64,000 bases of DNA, taken from contig OZ374561.1 of assembly GCA_977862235.1 (NCBI GenBank), forward strand, positions 372,001 through 436,000, written 5' to 3'. The notes below the pieces were generated by a model. It searched no databases. It saw only the letters and a list, made by a program, of their open reading frames with translations, and was not told the DNA's origin. This document shows, piece by piece, positions 10,241 through 23,854 of the stretch (position 1 is its first letter; every line of letters begins with the position of its first letter). A program made the translations under genes and the position numbers. Source of the DNA: Dudresnaya verticillata (taxonomy: Eukaryota).

Positions 10241-13200
10241 AAAAATTAGTCGCTAATTGCCAGTCAGAGACTCGCTATCGGCTTTGTTGACACGCAAAAT
10301 GCATCCACCGTGCAGCCGCGAGCAGTCCAGCTTGCGTACTAGCTAGACATGTCACAAATTCCAGTATCGCGTCACTCCAGCATCTGTATGTGTAACTCGT
10401 ATTCTGAAGAAGCTCTTTCCTCTTTGCTTCAATAATTGACATACCCCTGGGCGACTCGCTTATGAGCACAAGCACAGAAGGCAACAGAGATAATACACTA
10501 CAATTTGATAGCGCACTGGCTCAGCCGGTGCCACATACCTTGCCCTACCGAGACTATGCCAGGGACAGGTTTTGTTTCGAGTACTTGGAGAGGGGCAATA
10601 TGTTAAAGCTTGTTGCACTCGCCAGAGCCACAGAGTAAACCCGTAAATCCGAAACTCCATCACTCCCTGGCCACAAATCTGCACTCGCGAAAAAGATATG
10701 GTCAAAATCGGCGTCCGTGACTCTCATGATGACTGAGGGAGGGGAGGAGAGGGTATGTATCCCTTGATATTACGCAGATCTGCGATTAAATTATGTTCCA
10801 GTCTTGCAACAAACCCGATGGCGGCTCACAGCAGTAGAGGATGGAACTTGCGCAACACAGAAGCCGTTGCGCAAAAATACCCGAAGACAGACTGTGGACC
10901 ATCACACCATGGCTTTGAAAGGTCGATTGCAGGATGCAACTATTATTTTCGGGTCACGCCACTTGCTTATCTCGGGGGCTTTGCGCAAAGATACTTGATT
11001 TAAGCTTGGAAGCGATGGGTGGCTGCCCTAGAACTGCTTGTCATCTTTTAGTGTCGAGTGAGGCAAAGATAATCGGCACTTTAGGCCGCTGGTAGAGTGG
11101 TTTGTATGTTCATGGATTTCCAACGGCGTTCAGCTCTTTATCATAGCGAGTTCGTATATCTCATTAAATTGGAGCAAGTAATGCAACGTCCTACTGTAGC
11201 AGGGCAATGTCTTTCGCCATTAAATGCTATACACATTTTTTGCTCCTACATGCAGTCTCCACACACTCTCACGTTCACAGTATGTCTTGCCTGGGAATGA
11301 CCCAATTTGGCATCTACCATACTAGGTTTGTCAGACCACGTTGTTAATCTACATTGGTTGGAGCCTTAAGAGTTGTGTTGGAATGCAATGCAATGATGGC
11401 CTCAAGGATTTCAGAGAAGTAACGTAAGCATTGGACACAGGCAGAGACGATGAAATGGTGAGCCAACCGCTCATGCATACCACATATTGTTTTGGGATGT
11501 AGCTAGAACCTTTTCTGGATGTAGAGTTACGTAGGCCAGCCGGCAATGTACATTCTACTTCTCGATGTTGGCTGTAAGTAACAAAGAGCAAGATTTCCCA
11601 ATTCTCTATCTGTGAACTATTGATAGCCGTCCCCTGTTGATTCTCCTGTTGCTATTTGTGCACCCTATTACTCACTGCAGGGCCAGAACTCCAGCAAAAT
11701 TGCACTGCAGTAGTTGACTGTGTGTAATAGAGAAGCTGGGGGGACTTATGAAAAAGCGTTTCCTGTATTGAGATAGAAGGGTTTGTACCCAGACGAAATG
11801 CTTTGCATTGTGTCCACAATAAATAGAACAGTACATGGGCCAGGACAATCAGGGGGTACCCTGCTTATGGCAACGGAGCAAAAGGCAGCAGAACAGAAAC
11901 TTCGCTCATGCGCATGAACACTGCTGTTGGTGATGGGCCTACACAACCTAATACTTGGGAGACCCGGCTCACTGTTAGTTTTCTAAAGCAGTGTACTGTC
12001 CTAAAGATCTAAAGGAAATTCGCTTCCGGTATGACTCGGAGTTAGAGCAGTGTCATTGAAGGCCTGAGCGAAGAAGGTCTGGACATAAACTTTAGGAATT
12101 CAGTATTTAAAGGTACTCGCTTTTTCGCATTCCCGAATAACTAACGTCAGTCTGACAATCACGTACTAGCACATTCGTTGGTATTTGATATCGGCATATC
12201 GGCGCTGGATAGAAGAACAGTTGTAGAGTTAAGATTTATCTAAACTGTCTAAACTGATGATATAGGAGGTATATCGCAAGGAGCTGAAGAATATGCTACC
12301 AGACAGAGCAGAGGTGCTAGCACTAAGAAGTTCATAAACCAATGTTTTTATCCTTACACTACACCACAGTATGTGCGCACAGCAGTGAACAGTCAACGTG
12401 CTGAACATATACTGTATCTACCTGGGCCGTGGCATCGGACAACTTGAGTGAGATTCTCCGGACATCAGCGTCATTCTTTGCCGCTTCTGTGAAGGCAGTG
12501 TAACATGTTACCGAACAGCACGTAGCACCTGGCGATTGCAATAAAAATCATGACCGTAAGCGAAGGCCATAGCGGCTAGCGAAGGTCGTGGCAGATTATT
12601 ACCGTGCCGTCATGAGCGTGAGAGGTAAATATATGGGCAGCAGCAGCAACCGCACAGTTTCATAAATGGTTGGACAACAGCATTTTTTGCAACAAGAAAC
12701 TGGGCTCTGATGTAAACCTCCTGCAAGTGAGAGCCGCAAAAAGAAAAGTTAAAGTGTTGCCGTGCTCAGTCCGGTGATTCTGAGCTATATGCAGTTGATT
12801 CCTGATGATACAAATACATTATCCACATCTCTATGGCGGTCTACATACATATATTCTTCGAGCCAGAGGCTTTCTGGAGGATAGCGAATAGAATTGACGG
12901 CAGTGCAGTAACTACGCTAAGCCAGACATGTTGCAACTGCTACCACCTCGGTAGGTGCTTCTAGTCTACAAATATGTATCGGTTTGCTCTGCGGCACTCT
13001 GTTCAAGGAACAGCACTCTACAGTATGTATCTTGGATTCCACATGATACAGGATGGACTAAACGCAAAAGCTACAGTAGACTGTCAAGCTCTTGTCGACA
13101 GGAGGATGGAAGCAATAGTGCTGGAGTTGTTATTTAATAGAAATAGGGCTTTGGTTTCAGACTTTTCTGGCGTATGGACCGGCCACAGACAGAGAAAAGT

Positions 13201-16200
13201 ATCGTCTTTGAAGGCACTGTAGAACGGGTGAACAAAGAATTGGATGAGGATTGAACCGCTAGTTACCAGTAGTAGCAGTACCGTCCACAGTCTTTTGTAT
13301 GATGATCAGCATGGTGCTTTCCGGACAAGGCCAGCACTTCTCCCGCCTTCTCTGAATGACAAAGACAGAGCCCTCTGAGACAACAGCTAAACAGTGCGCG
13401 AAATGCGCGTTTCGCGAACTCTTCCATTCCCTGTGTTGCTGTCTCCAGGCTCTCGCGTGGTGCAAAGGATCGGCTTGTTGGGAGATTGGAAAAGACAGCA
13501 CACCAAACGGGTGCAGCGGGAAAAGGTTGTAGTTGTATACAAACCATTGATTGCAGCCGCCGGTATTCTTTGTCTTTCGATTGCGTCATGATGTGACCAA
13601 TACCTTACAGCGCGAGCTGCGGGGGGCTTTTCGTTATGTGCGTGTGTGTCCAATTTATTTCAACATTGGCTCTATTCCACGCGTATGATTGGATAAGGAT
13701 CAATTTGATCCGAATCACCCGCCGCCGTCGCTCCGCCGCGGCAACATTCGACAGTTAAGACCGAGATTTGGCACGCCGGGCAGGGCATTCCCGGTATGCC
13801 TCTTGCACCTCTCCCTTTCCCGCCCACCCACCCTGCTGCGTTCCGCAGCCACATACATTTCACGTTTGATTTCAAGTGCGAAGTGAATTTCCTTACGTTG
13901 GAATTTTCCTTTCAGCATTTTTTTTGTTGGATAGTACTGTACGAGTAATATCGCAAGGCCGTGGTGCGCTTGGGCTCGGGCACTCCAGTGTATGGAGGAG
14001 GCCAGCGCACGGTCCACTCGAACGTAAAATTGTTGCAGCAGAATAAAAATGCTTCAATGCAAGACGGATGGCTTCCTCCGAAACATTGTACAGTATCTAC
14101 ACCATGACAGAGTCACTCGGGCAGAATTGCAACGCATTTCCGGGCAAACATGGTAGTCTCGCAGAATGGCGCTAGCAGCTTTACCGGCCTAATGTATCAG
14201 TTCTCTGACAGGGAGGGGACGGACGACAGATCGCGAGCGATCGGCGAGACGCAACAGGCGCAAGGGATCTTTTCCTGATTTCCTGATTTGCACGCAGCTC
14301 CAACGGACAGTCTCGACGCATGGCGACTGAATCTTCAGGCGACGCGGCGGTTCCAACGGTCCACCCTCGAGGTGGGGAAGGCGTAACTGTACACTTGCCG
14401 CGCAGCGCATCCCGCCTTGCGCGCCGAATCAGACGCGATATGTGCCACATAGACGCTGTCGCTGCTGCCCCGGCGTCGTGGCCAACGCTGCGCTGCCCCA
14501 TGTTTCTCACTCTCAGCGAGTCGGAAGCAGACGCATAGCTTTGCGTTCGACCGCGTTCCTCATGCATGCACATTAGTGCCGACGAAACTTGAATCATTTT
14601 TCTCGAGAGTGAAGTGTCTGCGATGGCACAACACTACTACTGCTACTGACGACGACGGGCATCGGTATGGCGGGCGTACTGGCAGCACCAGCTGCAGCGA
14701 AAAAAAAGTTCAGGTGGTACATTACAATACACCGTGCTTGAGCCGTACCGCCGTGTTGTTTACGGCTCATAGTGTCGCCGCTGTGCCTCTTCATGGGTTT
14801 GTTGCGGTCAGCAATCAGGGGGGAGCGACACGCCGCGCCGTGGTGAACGCTGCCCACACGCCGTGGTGTCCATGTCCGTGTCCGCCCGTGACACCAATCA
14901 CGCTGTCAAAATATGGCACCATCACTGTGCCGCGCGGGGCATGCGCCGCTTCTGTGCTCTCACCGCGGCGCGCTGGTGAGCGCTTTTTCGATCGCCGACG
15001 TACCTGTGTGCAGCTGAATCTTTTCTAAATCCGGCTCGGCGCACTCGAGCCGGTCGCTCCGTAAGGTCCTGGGAACAGCCTCCCTGCGGTTGCAGTAAGG
15101 TCCCGCCGCCAACGACAACGACCACGCCGCGCCAGCAGCATCCCGACTCGCGCTGTCGGAATTTCAGGGTGCCCTGTCGAACGGCACGCAAAGGCTGGCT
15201 TGAACCTGCCGAAAGGAGAAAGGAGCAGCTTCTTCTGTCGGTCGAGGAGTAAAACTGACTAGTGCTACTGTCGTCTTCTCATCGACTGCACACTGCGCAG
15301 CTGTTCGTTTCCAGAGCGAGTGCGCCTCTCTCACCGCTGCGGGAAGAAGTGAACAACCTGCACTACTCGCACTATCCGCTCTGGACCCCAGTCATGTCGT
15401 ATCGTACCCCGCCTCGAGAGCGTCTCGAGAACGCTTAAACCCCGCTCGAACAACGCAACATACAACCTTCAGCAGCATCTCTGCAAACATTGATACACCG
15501 CCTCCCCTTATACCACGCAAAGGAGACTGTCAACCAGCGCTCTAGAACGGGGACAATGGTGTGCTGGTGCGTGGTGTGCTGACAAACGACGACGCACATC
15601 ATCTGAAGTAGAGACGCCGGTTGCTCAGCTCCCAGCCTTTCGCGCCACCCCCTGCAGGGGGCGGGTTTGCTTTAGTGAGCAAAGCAAGGAAGGCTTTTCC
15701 TAAGCGGATGACGCAGCAAAGTCAGAGATCCTGCTCAGAGATTTTCGGTCTCAAACAGATTCCAAATCTTTGAAGAGCTCATCAATTTCTCCGCGACAAC
15801 CGCCCCGTGTTGTTATGAACAGTCACGAGAACAAAACCAACGTTTTGTTGACGCGGATAAAGGTCTACTTGCAAAATCCCAACGCCCTTCTTCAATTTTC
15901 CCTGAACACGTCTCTTAGGGGCGTTGCTCTGAGAGAGAAGCTCGCAACAGGCGCGAGCTATCCGGCTGTGAGTGGCTTCATATCAAACATTTCTGTTACC
16001 GCTTCGAAGAGCTTCAGGTAATGTGACAAACTGGTCGTGTATTGTTTTATTATACAGGCATGCAACCATGCATTCCTGCCAACGCAACACCCTGGCCTTG
16101 TCCAGAAAAAGAGCTTGCTTGTACAGCTTGTCATTGTCGCGCAATCATTTATTCATCGCTGGGCACCCGTAGCTGTGCCACCGTTTATTTGCAAATGCAT

Positions 16201-19200
16201 GCCAAACCTTGAAGGCTTCGTGCCATTACGTTTAACAATAGCGTTGCAAGCAACTCGCTGTTGCAGGCACAAACCGCCTTGACTCTTGCAGCGGTGCCTT
16301 TTCGTGAACTGCTCGCATAAAACACTAATTATTAAACTGGCAAGCATTCTCAGCACAACGGCAACATGACAATCCGACAGAAATTCCAAGCTACACGCTG
16401 TGGTGCTGCCGCGGTCCAATACTCAGTCCCAATTCGTCTGGAGCGTTCATTCAGAACAGGGTAATAACATGTTTTGGGCAGCGAGCCAAGCGCTCTGCGC
16501 TGGCCACACACGCAAGCAATTTACGAATGCAGATCGCGGATTGTTATCCAGGTAAGATCTTGACGCGCAGACAGAAAGGTGCTGCGACAATAGTCGCGTA
16601 ACGCATGGGTGTGGACTGAATGTGTGATCGACACGGTGCAAGTTTGCAATAGAACTTGGAAAGACGTGTCTCCTCTAGAACAGAGGAGCCCTCTGCTTGT
16701 CAGACTCGCTTGTCAGAGTGCAGACGGCACTCAACGCTTCGCAACTCATATATGATGCGCCAGCGGGCAACACTGCCACCTGCAGAAAGGATATCCTTTG
16801 AACATGAGCCTTGCCGTGAAAATCTGGTTAACTAAAGTTTGCATTTGTTTCAGTTTCGTCCCGGAAACTCCAGCTCAAAAGAAACCGCTTCACTGAAAAT
16901 GTTTCGAATATGAGGCAAGGGTGCATTGTTTCTGTTTCATAGAAACACGGGCAAGGAAGAAGCCGTGACAGACATATGATTCTTTTCAACTTCTTTTATG
17001 AACAGCAAATACAAAAGCACATCTTGCAGCTTGAAATGTACCGGATACAGATCCCTAAACTGATGCGAAAGAGGGTATTATTTCGGCCGGTCAGAACGTC
17101 CCTGTTCTCAGAACGCTATCGATGGCAGGACCAATTGCCGATGCTGGCATGACAAACCGTTTCACCAACGAGCAGAGTGACTCGTTTCTCTCTCTGAAGA
17201 AACGGTCCGCATTATTCAGAGTGACACTTTAAGACACATACACGCGAATGGCGGAGGGGGTCGCAGGAAACTGGTGTTGCAAAAATTGCAGCGAGGCGTG
17301 GGCGCGGGGTATTCGCGAGACGCACTCGGCCCCATTGGAGCCAGCGTCGAAACTCACAATAACATCAATAGCAACGCGGGCCAAGGGTGGTAACTGTCAC
17401 TGCATGGCCAAGATTTCATGACCATCGGCGGGGCAGGAGTCGTGGGCCGAACGAACTTCACTCCTATGGGATCGTGGAATTTTTTTTGAGCGTCAGAGAT
17501 AAACTATGCGACTACGGTCAGATTGCTAGATCGCAGTCAGGGAGGCCATTGTGACGCAGGAGCGGAAGGACATGTTTACTGGCAACGGGCCTCCTCTCTG
17601 GGCGATTGTGCTGGGGGTTCAAAGCAGGCGTGGATACTGTTGACTAGATACGGTCTTGCGCAAACGTTGCGTTTGGCGGGAAAAGTGGGAATGTCGTGAG
17701 GGAGTTGGCTGGCGCAACATGTAGCGAATATACGAGTGCGGGAGTAAGGGTGAGGCAAGTAGGAGTGTGCGGCAAGAAGTAGGAGCTTGCGAATGCGGAG
17801 TAATATATTTGGAAAATGTTTTTGGACACGCTGGCCCCTGTGGGATTGTGCTTCGTGACCCCAATCAATTAGGGTTGGGGGATAACGGTGCGCAGGCAGC
17901 GCGGCAGTCCACGGTTTTTTTGTTGGACGGTGTTGTTGGGCGGTTCGTGTCGATGCTGCAAGACGGATCGTGACAGGGAGCACTCCCCTTCCCTGACTAA
18001 CAAGCCAATGGGAGCCGACAGTCGCAAACAGGGGCAACCACTCCCCCGGACGGACTCGCGACAAGGCCCAGCGCGGAGGGCTAAAATGCTCTACTTTAAT
18101 TCCTGGTCTGGGCAGGCGTTTCCCGTACATTCCCGCCAAAAATGTAGGAGATATCTGCGGCAAAGGGGCTGCCAATCAGATTGCAGCGCATATGTTCGCG
18201 TGCAGGTGTGATCAGGATTTCGTGAGAGGGGTGCGTTTTCAGGTTTTGTCGAAATTAATAGAGGGCCTTGATGAAGGTATATCATAGGTTGAAGACGTAT
18301 GAGGCCCACGCGCCGTGGACCAATAGGTTTAAAAAAAAATTCAGGTTGACGTTATCCAAGTTTTAGTTCAACTAAGTAATGACCGGATTAACCTGCGATT
18401 CCAGGCTGCTCGCCTCATTTCTAGAAAGCACTACGCCGATGGGGTCCACCGTCGCCAATTCGCACAGTTGCACACGCGAGTGGAACAGGAACAGAGTGGT
18501 GCGTGTCGGGCAAGCGAAAGGGGAGCACAAGCGGATGACGAGGAGGACATGTGTCACACGTTGCATGAGAAACATAATATTTTGATATATTGGCGAGGAC
18601 AAGCTAAACTTGAGTGTGGAGTGTAATTGTAAAGTTCGCATGAGTACAAAATGTGGTTATTTTTTGCAGCATTTTTTTGGCTACACTGTCACAATAGAAG
18701 TGGGCGAGGAGGTCTTGATGGACTGAACTGATGTGTCACTCAATAGTTGAAGACACCTCACGCGGTATGATTCCAGACATTGGGGGATTTGCCCGAGATA
18801 TGCCCCCTCGGAGTGTTTCGGAAGTGGAACTTGTAAACAATTTGCTGCCTTGCGGAGGAGGCGGAGGCGGACGGGGAATGCCGTAAATAAGGCTTTAAGG
18901 CTTGTCTTTCGTGACGAGTGGCGTGACGGACAACGAGCATTACAGGCAGGACAGGGGCAAAAGAACTCGATTCGACGAAATCCTCGGTTGTCGAAAGGGA
19001 GGGGGTCCAAGAAGGGCGGCTTCCTTGGTGGATGTGGAAGAGTTTTAGTAGGGAAGGGGGGACGCGTGCCGTGAAGTGCCGGCGAGTGTTGTCCACCAGC
19101 AGTGTTTCTGTCAAAGGCATGCGCAACAGAGGGGCTTGCTCCATTGCAACCTGTCTTTCTATCGATAGGGCAACGTTGGAGCGGATCGATTTGGGCACAG

Positions 19201-20186
19201 CTCTCGAAATTGTCACGGCTTCGTCGGGAATGACCGTCGGCGGAATTGGCCACGGGTGTCATGGTGTGCCCGTGTTGTGCCCGTGCCCCGCACGACTGGC
19301 CCAGGGAGCAGGCTCATTTAATTCGGGAAAATGAAGAAACCTTCGAATTGGGCGGTTCCACTCGAGTGCCCCCCAGTGCCCGGACCAACAGCCTCTGGCG
19401 GTGCCGCCTCGCGTTATAGGGAATTCGGGTTGCACGGCCCGGGAATTGAAACGGAGCGTGGGAACTGCACACGCAGGAGCGCAATACGCCGAATTGCGGG
19501 GCACCAACACCGGCAGTGCGACACAGACTGCGCCGGGCGTGTCGAAACACTGTTGTCATCAGGATTCGCAAACCCTTCCCTGAGGCCGAGGCGGCGGTGA
19601 CACCGACACCCAGTCTGCGGGGCGTGCTGGAAAATGAGCGAGGAGGGGGGTGCTGCTCGGTTGACAAACGCCTCGGCCCTACGAGGGCCCTCTTCCACCG
19701 CGACAAAAGTCGCGCGCTGTGACAGGCAGGGCGTATTTTAATTAGATACGGCGCCGGAGAGAGTGGCGTTGCTGGAGCGTGAGGGCTCACCGCTGCGCGC
19801 GCACCTGCTGTGGTCCGGGACGGCGACGGGGCGGGGCAGTCAATTTTGCGGTGCGCAGGGCGGCGGCTGCGGGGGCCGTGTCAGCGCCGCTTTCCCGACG
19901 GCGCGCGCCCGGCCTGCCGTCACTGTACGCGCGCGCCAGAGACCTCGGCGCTTTCGCGCGATAAATACGCGGCGCCGCTCCGCGCGCATCGACGTGCAAA
20001 GCGTGGCGCACGCTCGGCGGTCGCTTGTGCTCGCCCCGCATTCCCGTCGCATTCCCAGCTTTGCCATTCCCAGGCGCCCGCGTCGCACGCCGCTGGCCCC
20101 CATCTGTCGTTCCCCGTCCCTGTTCGCCCCCGCTCGCGCGCGTCTGACCAATTCCCGCGCCACAGCGCCGCCGTGCCCCGCACCAC

Positions 20187-21089
20187 ATGGACGGGCTGCT
20201 GCGCTCCGAGTTTGCGCTCGTGCTGCGCGACTCGCTTAATTCTACGCCGCGCCGGCACGTGGTGTCGCCGGCGCCAGCCGGCGCTGCTGCCGCGGCTGCG
20301 TCTCCTCCTGCGCCCCTTCCAGCGCAGGCGGGGTCGCCGCAGAAGAAGCCCCGCGCCGCGGCCGAGTTTGCCATGCCGTGTGACATGACACTCGAACCGC
20401 GGCTGCATCTGTCGGCGATCCCTACGTCGCCGACGTCGCCGCTCCCCGCGGGCAAGCCCGGGGACGCGGCGGGCATGCTGCCGTCTCCTCGTCGGCTAGG
20501 CTTTGTGGCAGCTGCAGCTGGGGCGGGTGGCGAAGCCATCCCTAGGTCACCCGTCTCGCCCATCGTGAAGCAACGCAGAAGGGCGTCGGCGGACGCGTCG
20601 TCTTCAGCCAGGAGACAGCTGTCATCTGCTCTGGCGGCAGCTGCGGCTGATGCACCACTGGAGTTTCTGGCTGCTGTGAGCGCGCAGCAGGATGTGGCGC
20701 GAGAGCGACCCGCGCAGGTGGTGCGTCAGCTGCCCATGTCACCGGTAAACTCGGAGGGCAGCGGTGCAATTGAACGGAAGAGGTCTGGGAGGAGGGAGAA
20801 GGGCAAGGCGGGGAATGGTGGGCGGGTGTTTGCGTGCAAGCAGTGCTCTAGCACATTCTCGCAACAGTTCAACCTGAACAAGCATGTGAGGGCCGTGCAC
20901 GAGCGGCGCAGGCCGTTTGAGTGCGAGGTTTGCCACGCGCGATTCCAGCAGAAGAGCCACCGGACAATGCACCACCTTGCGGTTCATGAAAAGCTGCGAC
21001 AGTTTGGGTGTGACCAGTGCAACGCGTCGTTCAGCTGGCGCGGAGTGCTCAAAAAGCACCGCAAGAGCATTCATGGACTTGACGACTAA
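20187..21089 (+). CDS. C2H2 zinc-finger transcription factor (3 fingers)
   Basis: FACKQCSSTFSQQFNLNKHVRAVH, FECEVCHARFQQKSHRTMHHLAVH, FGCDQCNASFSWRGVLKKHRKSIH. Ala/Pro/Ser-rich N-terminus; TATA-like ATAAATA near 19961. Confidence 0.93.
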   Translation: MDGLLRSEFALVLRDSLNSTPRRHVVSPAPAGAAAAAASPPAPLPAQAGSPQKKPRAAAEFAMPCDMTLEPRLHLSAIPTSPTSPLPAGKPGDAAGMLPSPRRLGFVAAAAGAGGEAIPRSPVSPIVKQRRRASADASSSARRQLSSALAAAAADAPLEFLAAVSAQQDVARERPAQVVRQLPMSPVNSEGSGAIERKRSGRREKGKAGNGGRVFACKQCSSTFSQQFNLNKHVRAVHERRRPFECEVCHARFQQKSHRTMHHLAVHEKLRQFGCDQCNASFSWRGVLKKHRKSIHGLDD

Positions 21090-21154
21090 GGAGGGCTGTG
21101 TTTGGGCTGGGTGGGCGGGTGAACTCGCTTTGTCTGTCTACTTTTTGTTTGTTC

Positions 21155-21157
<3 letters not shown>

Positions 21158-21187
<30 letters not shown>
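21158..21187. repeat. (TG)15 microsatellite
   Basis: Direct read. Confidence 0.95.
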
Positions 21188-21189
<2 letters not shown>

Positions 21190-22550
21190 TGATTGCGAGT
21201 AAGTGTGTGTTATGTTTGGTGTTGTTGAATATTGAGGAGTGTGTGTTGAGGAGGTGGTTGGTACTACTCTGTTTATGCCGCTTGTTGCGTGAAACTTTTT
21301 TTTGCTAATTGGAAATGCTCTCGTGGGGTGGTGGTGTTGCTCTGCGCAGGTTTGTACATAAGAAGGCCGCGACGCGGGGGGGCGGGCCCGACACTGAATT
21401 TTGCTAATGCGTCAAAAGGAAAAGACTGAAGTTGAGTGATTTGCATGTGAATAAAGCCACAACTTGAAAGTGCGAGCCGCCACACGCGAGCGAAGCGAAA
21501 CGCGCGCGCGCGGTGCAGGCGGCTTCCAGGCGGGCCTGGCCCAAGCTGCGTCTCGCAGCGTTCGCTTCGCAACTAGCGCTTCGCCGCTTTCGCTTCGCAG
21601 CCGGCTACGCAGCCGCAACGAGGCGGTACAGACCGGGCCCCACGGCGCCGCCGCGGCCGCTGTCCGCGCGGCCGCGCCACCCGGCCGTACAGTACAGCGG
21701 CGGCGCGACCGCCATCGCGCGCGCTGGAGGCGACGCAAGGCGCGCCTCTGTAATGCGCGGCGCCGCCGGCGCGCCGGCCGCGGCGGACGCTCCACTCAGC
21801 GACGCCTTGACGTGTCCGGCCGACGTGAGCGGCCGCGCGCGCCGCGCGCCACGCGCCACGCCCCGTCGCTGGCGCGGCCGCGACAGCGCCGCGCTGCTCC
21901 GAGATGGAACCGCCGCCACGGCGCGCACGCATGCACGCAGACACGCCAGTGGCTGCGGCTGCCGCGCCGCCCCGCGCCGTCTGTCCGCCCGCTCCCTCGC
22001 TCCCTCCCTCGCCCGCGCCAACCTCCGCGGCGAACGCGCACATACTGTCTGCTGTACCTGCCGAAACGAGTGAGCTCCTGCAGTGCGCGTGTGCTGCACT
22101 ACATCAACTTGGCGGTCCGCCGCCGCCGCCACTGTACCACTCGCACACCCTCCGTCGCACCCGGCCCCGGGCCGCGCCGCGGTGAGGAAAAGGAGATCGC
22201 GGACCGCTACCGCGGGGCACTGTTTGAGAACTGAACGCAACTTGTCCCGCGGCCGCGTCTGCGAGAATCCTTGCGCATGCGCAGTGCCTTCGATTGTTAC
22301 GCTCGGCGCGTGCGCCCGCGCGAGTGGCGCCGACTCGACTGCGTCTGCAACTACTGTCGTTCCGTAGGAGCAGACAGGCTGCGCGGTGCTTGACGCGCGC
22401 GTGCGGCATTGGCCGCATCTCGGCAATCATATCGCAGCCATTGTGGCTACATGCACACCTGGTTGTGTTGCATATGGCTTGTGTAGCTTCCATGCAGTCT
22501 TTGTGCGCGCGTAACTTTGGTGTACTGTATCACTTGCGATTGTGCGCGAC

Positions 22551-22551
<1 letters not shown>

Positions 22552-22590
<39 letters not shown>

Positions 22591-22608
22591 TTGTGTGTGT
22601 GTTTGTGT
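22552..22608. repeat. (TG)18 microsatellite with imperfect extension
   Basis: Direct read. Confidence 0.95.
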
Positions 22609-23816
22609 TCGCGCGCCGATTGCCAGCTGGTTGTTTCACGCTCTCTGAAGAATCGCCACTACACGCGAGCACGGCACGCAATGGCCTCAGCACCGACGGC
22701 GCAAAAAAGCACAGCGCGCCTCTCAAGTCGCCCGCTGTAACGGCAGCAGTCGCAGCAGACTCGCCATCGCCGCCTCTGTTGCAGACCGGCGCGCCGGCGC
22801 GCGCGCGCAGCAACTGCCGCGGATGGGAGCGCCGCGGCGTCATGGCGAATAAAAACCCTCGCGACAAGCGCAAGCGCGCACTGCGCGCACCCGCGCCAGC
22901 TTGGCGCGCTGCGCGCTGTGTCCGCCGTGCGCACGCGTGCGCGTGTACACACGCAACCGCGCGGCGGCGCCAACGCGCGCACGTCACCGCTGCAGCTGTG
23001 TGCGTGCGTGTGTTGAACGGTGCGAGCACGCAGACCGCGCCGAGCGCCTGCCTGTCTGTCCAACGCGGCCGCGCAGCGAATCCTACTGGCGCAGCGCTGT
23101 ATCTAAAGTCTAAAGTATCTCTGTGCGGCCGAGCCCGGCGTCGCCGCCGCCGCCGCCGCCGACTGCGTCATGATGGAACGCGAGCGTTCCCGCGTTTTTT
23201 CCGTCAAACGCAAGGCGGCGCGCCCAGCCGGACGGGCACCGTAAAACACTGTCTCCGGCTCCCACGCCTCGCGGCGGCGGCGGGTGCGCTGGCCGCCATA
23301 CGCGCGCCGCATGGTGCGCTCGCATGGCGCGCTCCCATGGAGCGCCGTATGCACGGGCATTCGCGCTTTGCGGGCGGGTGCCACGCCTAGTCTGCGTGCA
23401 TGCCGCCGCCGCGAACCGCAGCCGCTGCAATGTAGTCGCCGCGGAAAGCGCGAAAGCGCGCGCGCCGTCGCCGCGCGGCTTGCGTGCGTCGCGCCACCGG
23501 TCGCTGCTCGCCGCTGCGCGCCGCGCCGGCAGATCGCGAGTGCAATGCGCAATGCAGCTGCATCGCGCGTGTGCAGCTGGCGGGGGTGCGCCGCGGCCAC
23601 CGCGCTGCGCCTCAGCAAGCTGCGCCGGGCGCGTGTCTCAGCCGGCGCGCCGCGCATGCGACTGTACACGCGCAGCGCACGACGGCCTCATCGCGGCGCA
23701 CTTCGGTTCCACCGCCGCGCCCGAACGCGCTCGCGACACAACTGCCGCGCCGCTTGTCGCCCAATTCCGCGCGCGGACAGAGCGGAGCACGACGAGGGCG
23801 GCGGAAAGCGTGGGCC

Positions 23817-23854
23817 GCGGGCTGCGGGCTGCGGGCTGCGGGCTGCGGGCTGCG
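23817..23854. repeat. (GCGGGCT)5 short tandem repeat
   Basis: Direct read. Confidence 0.9.
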
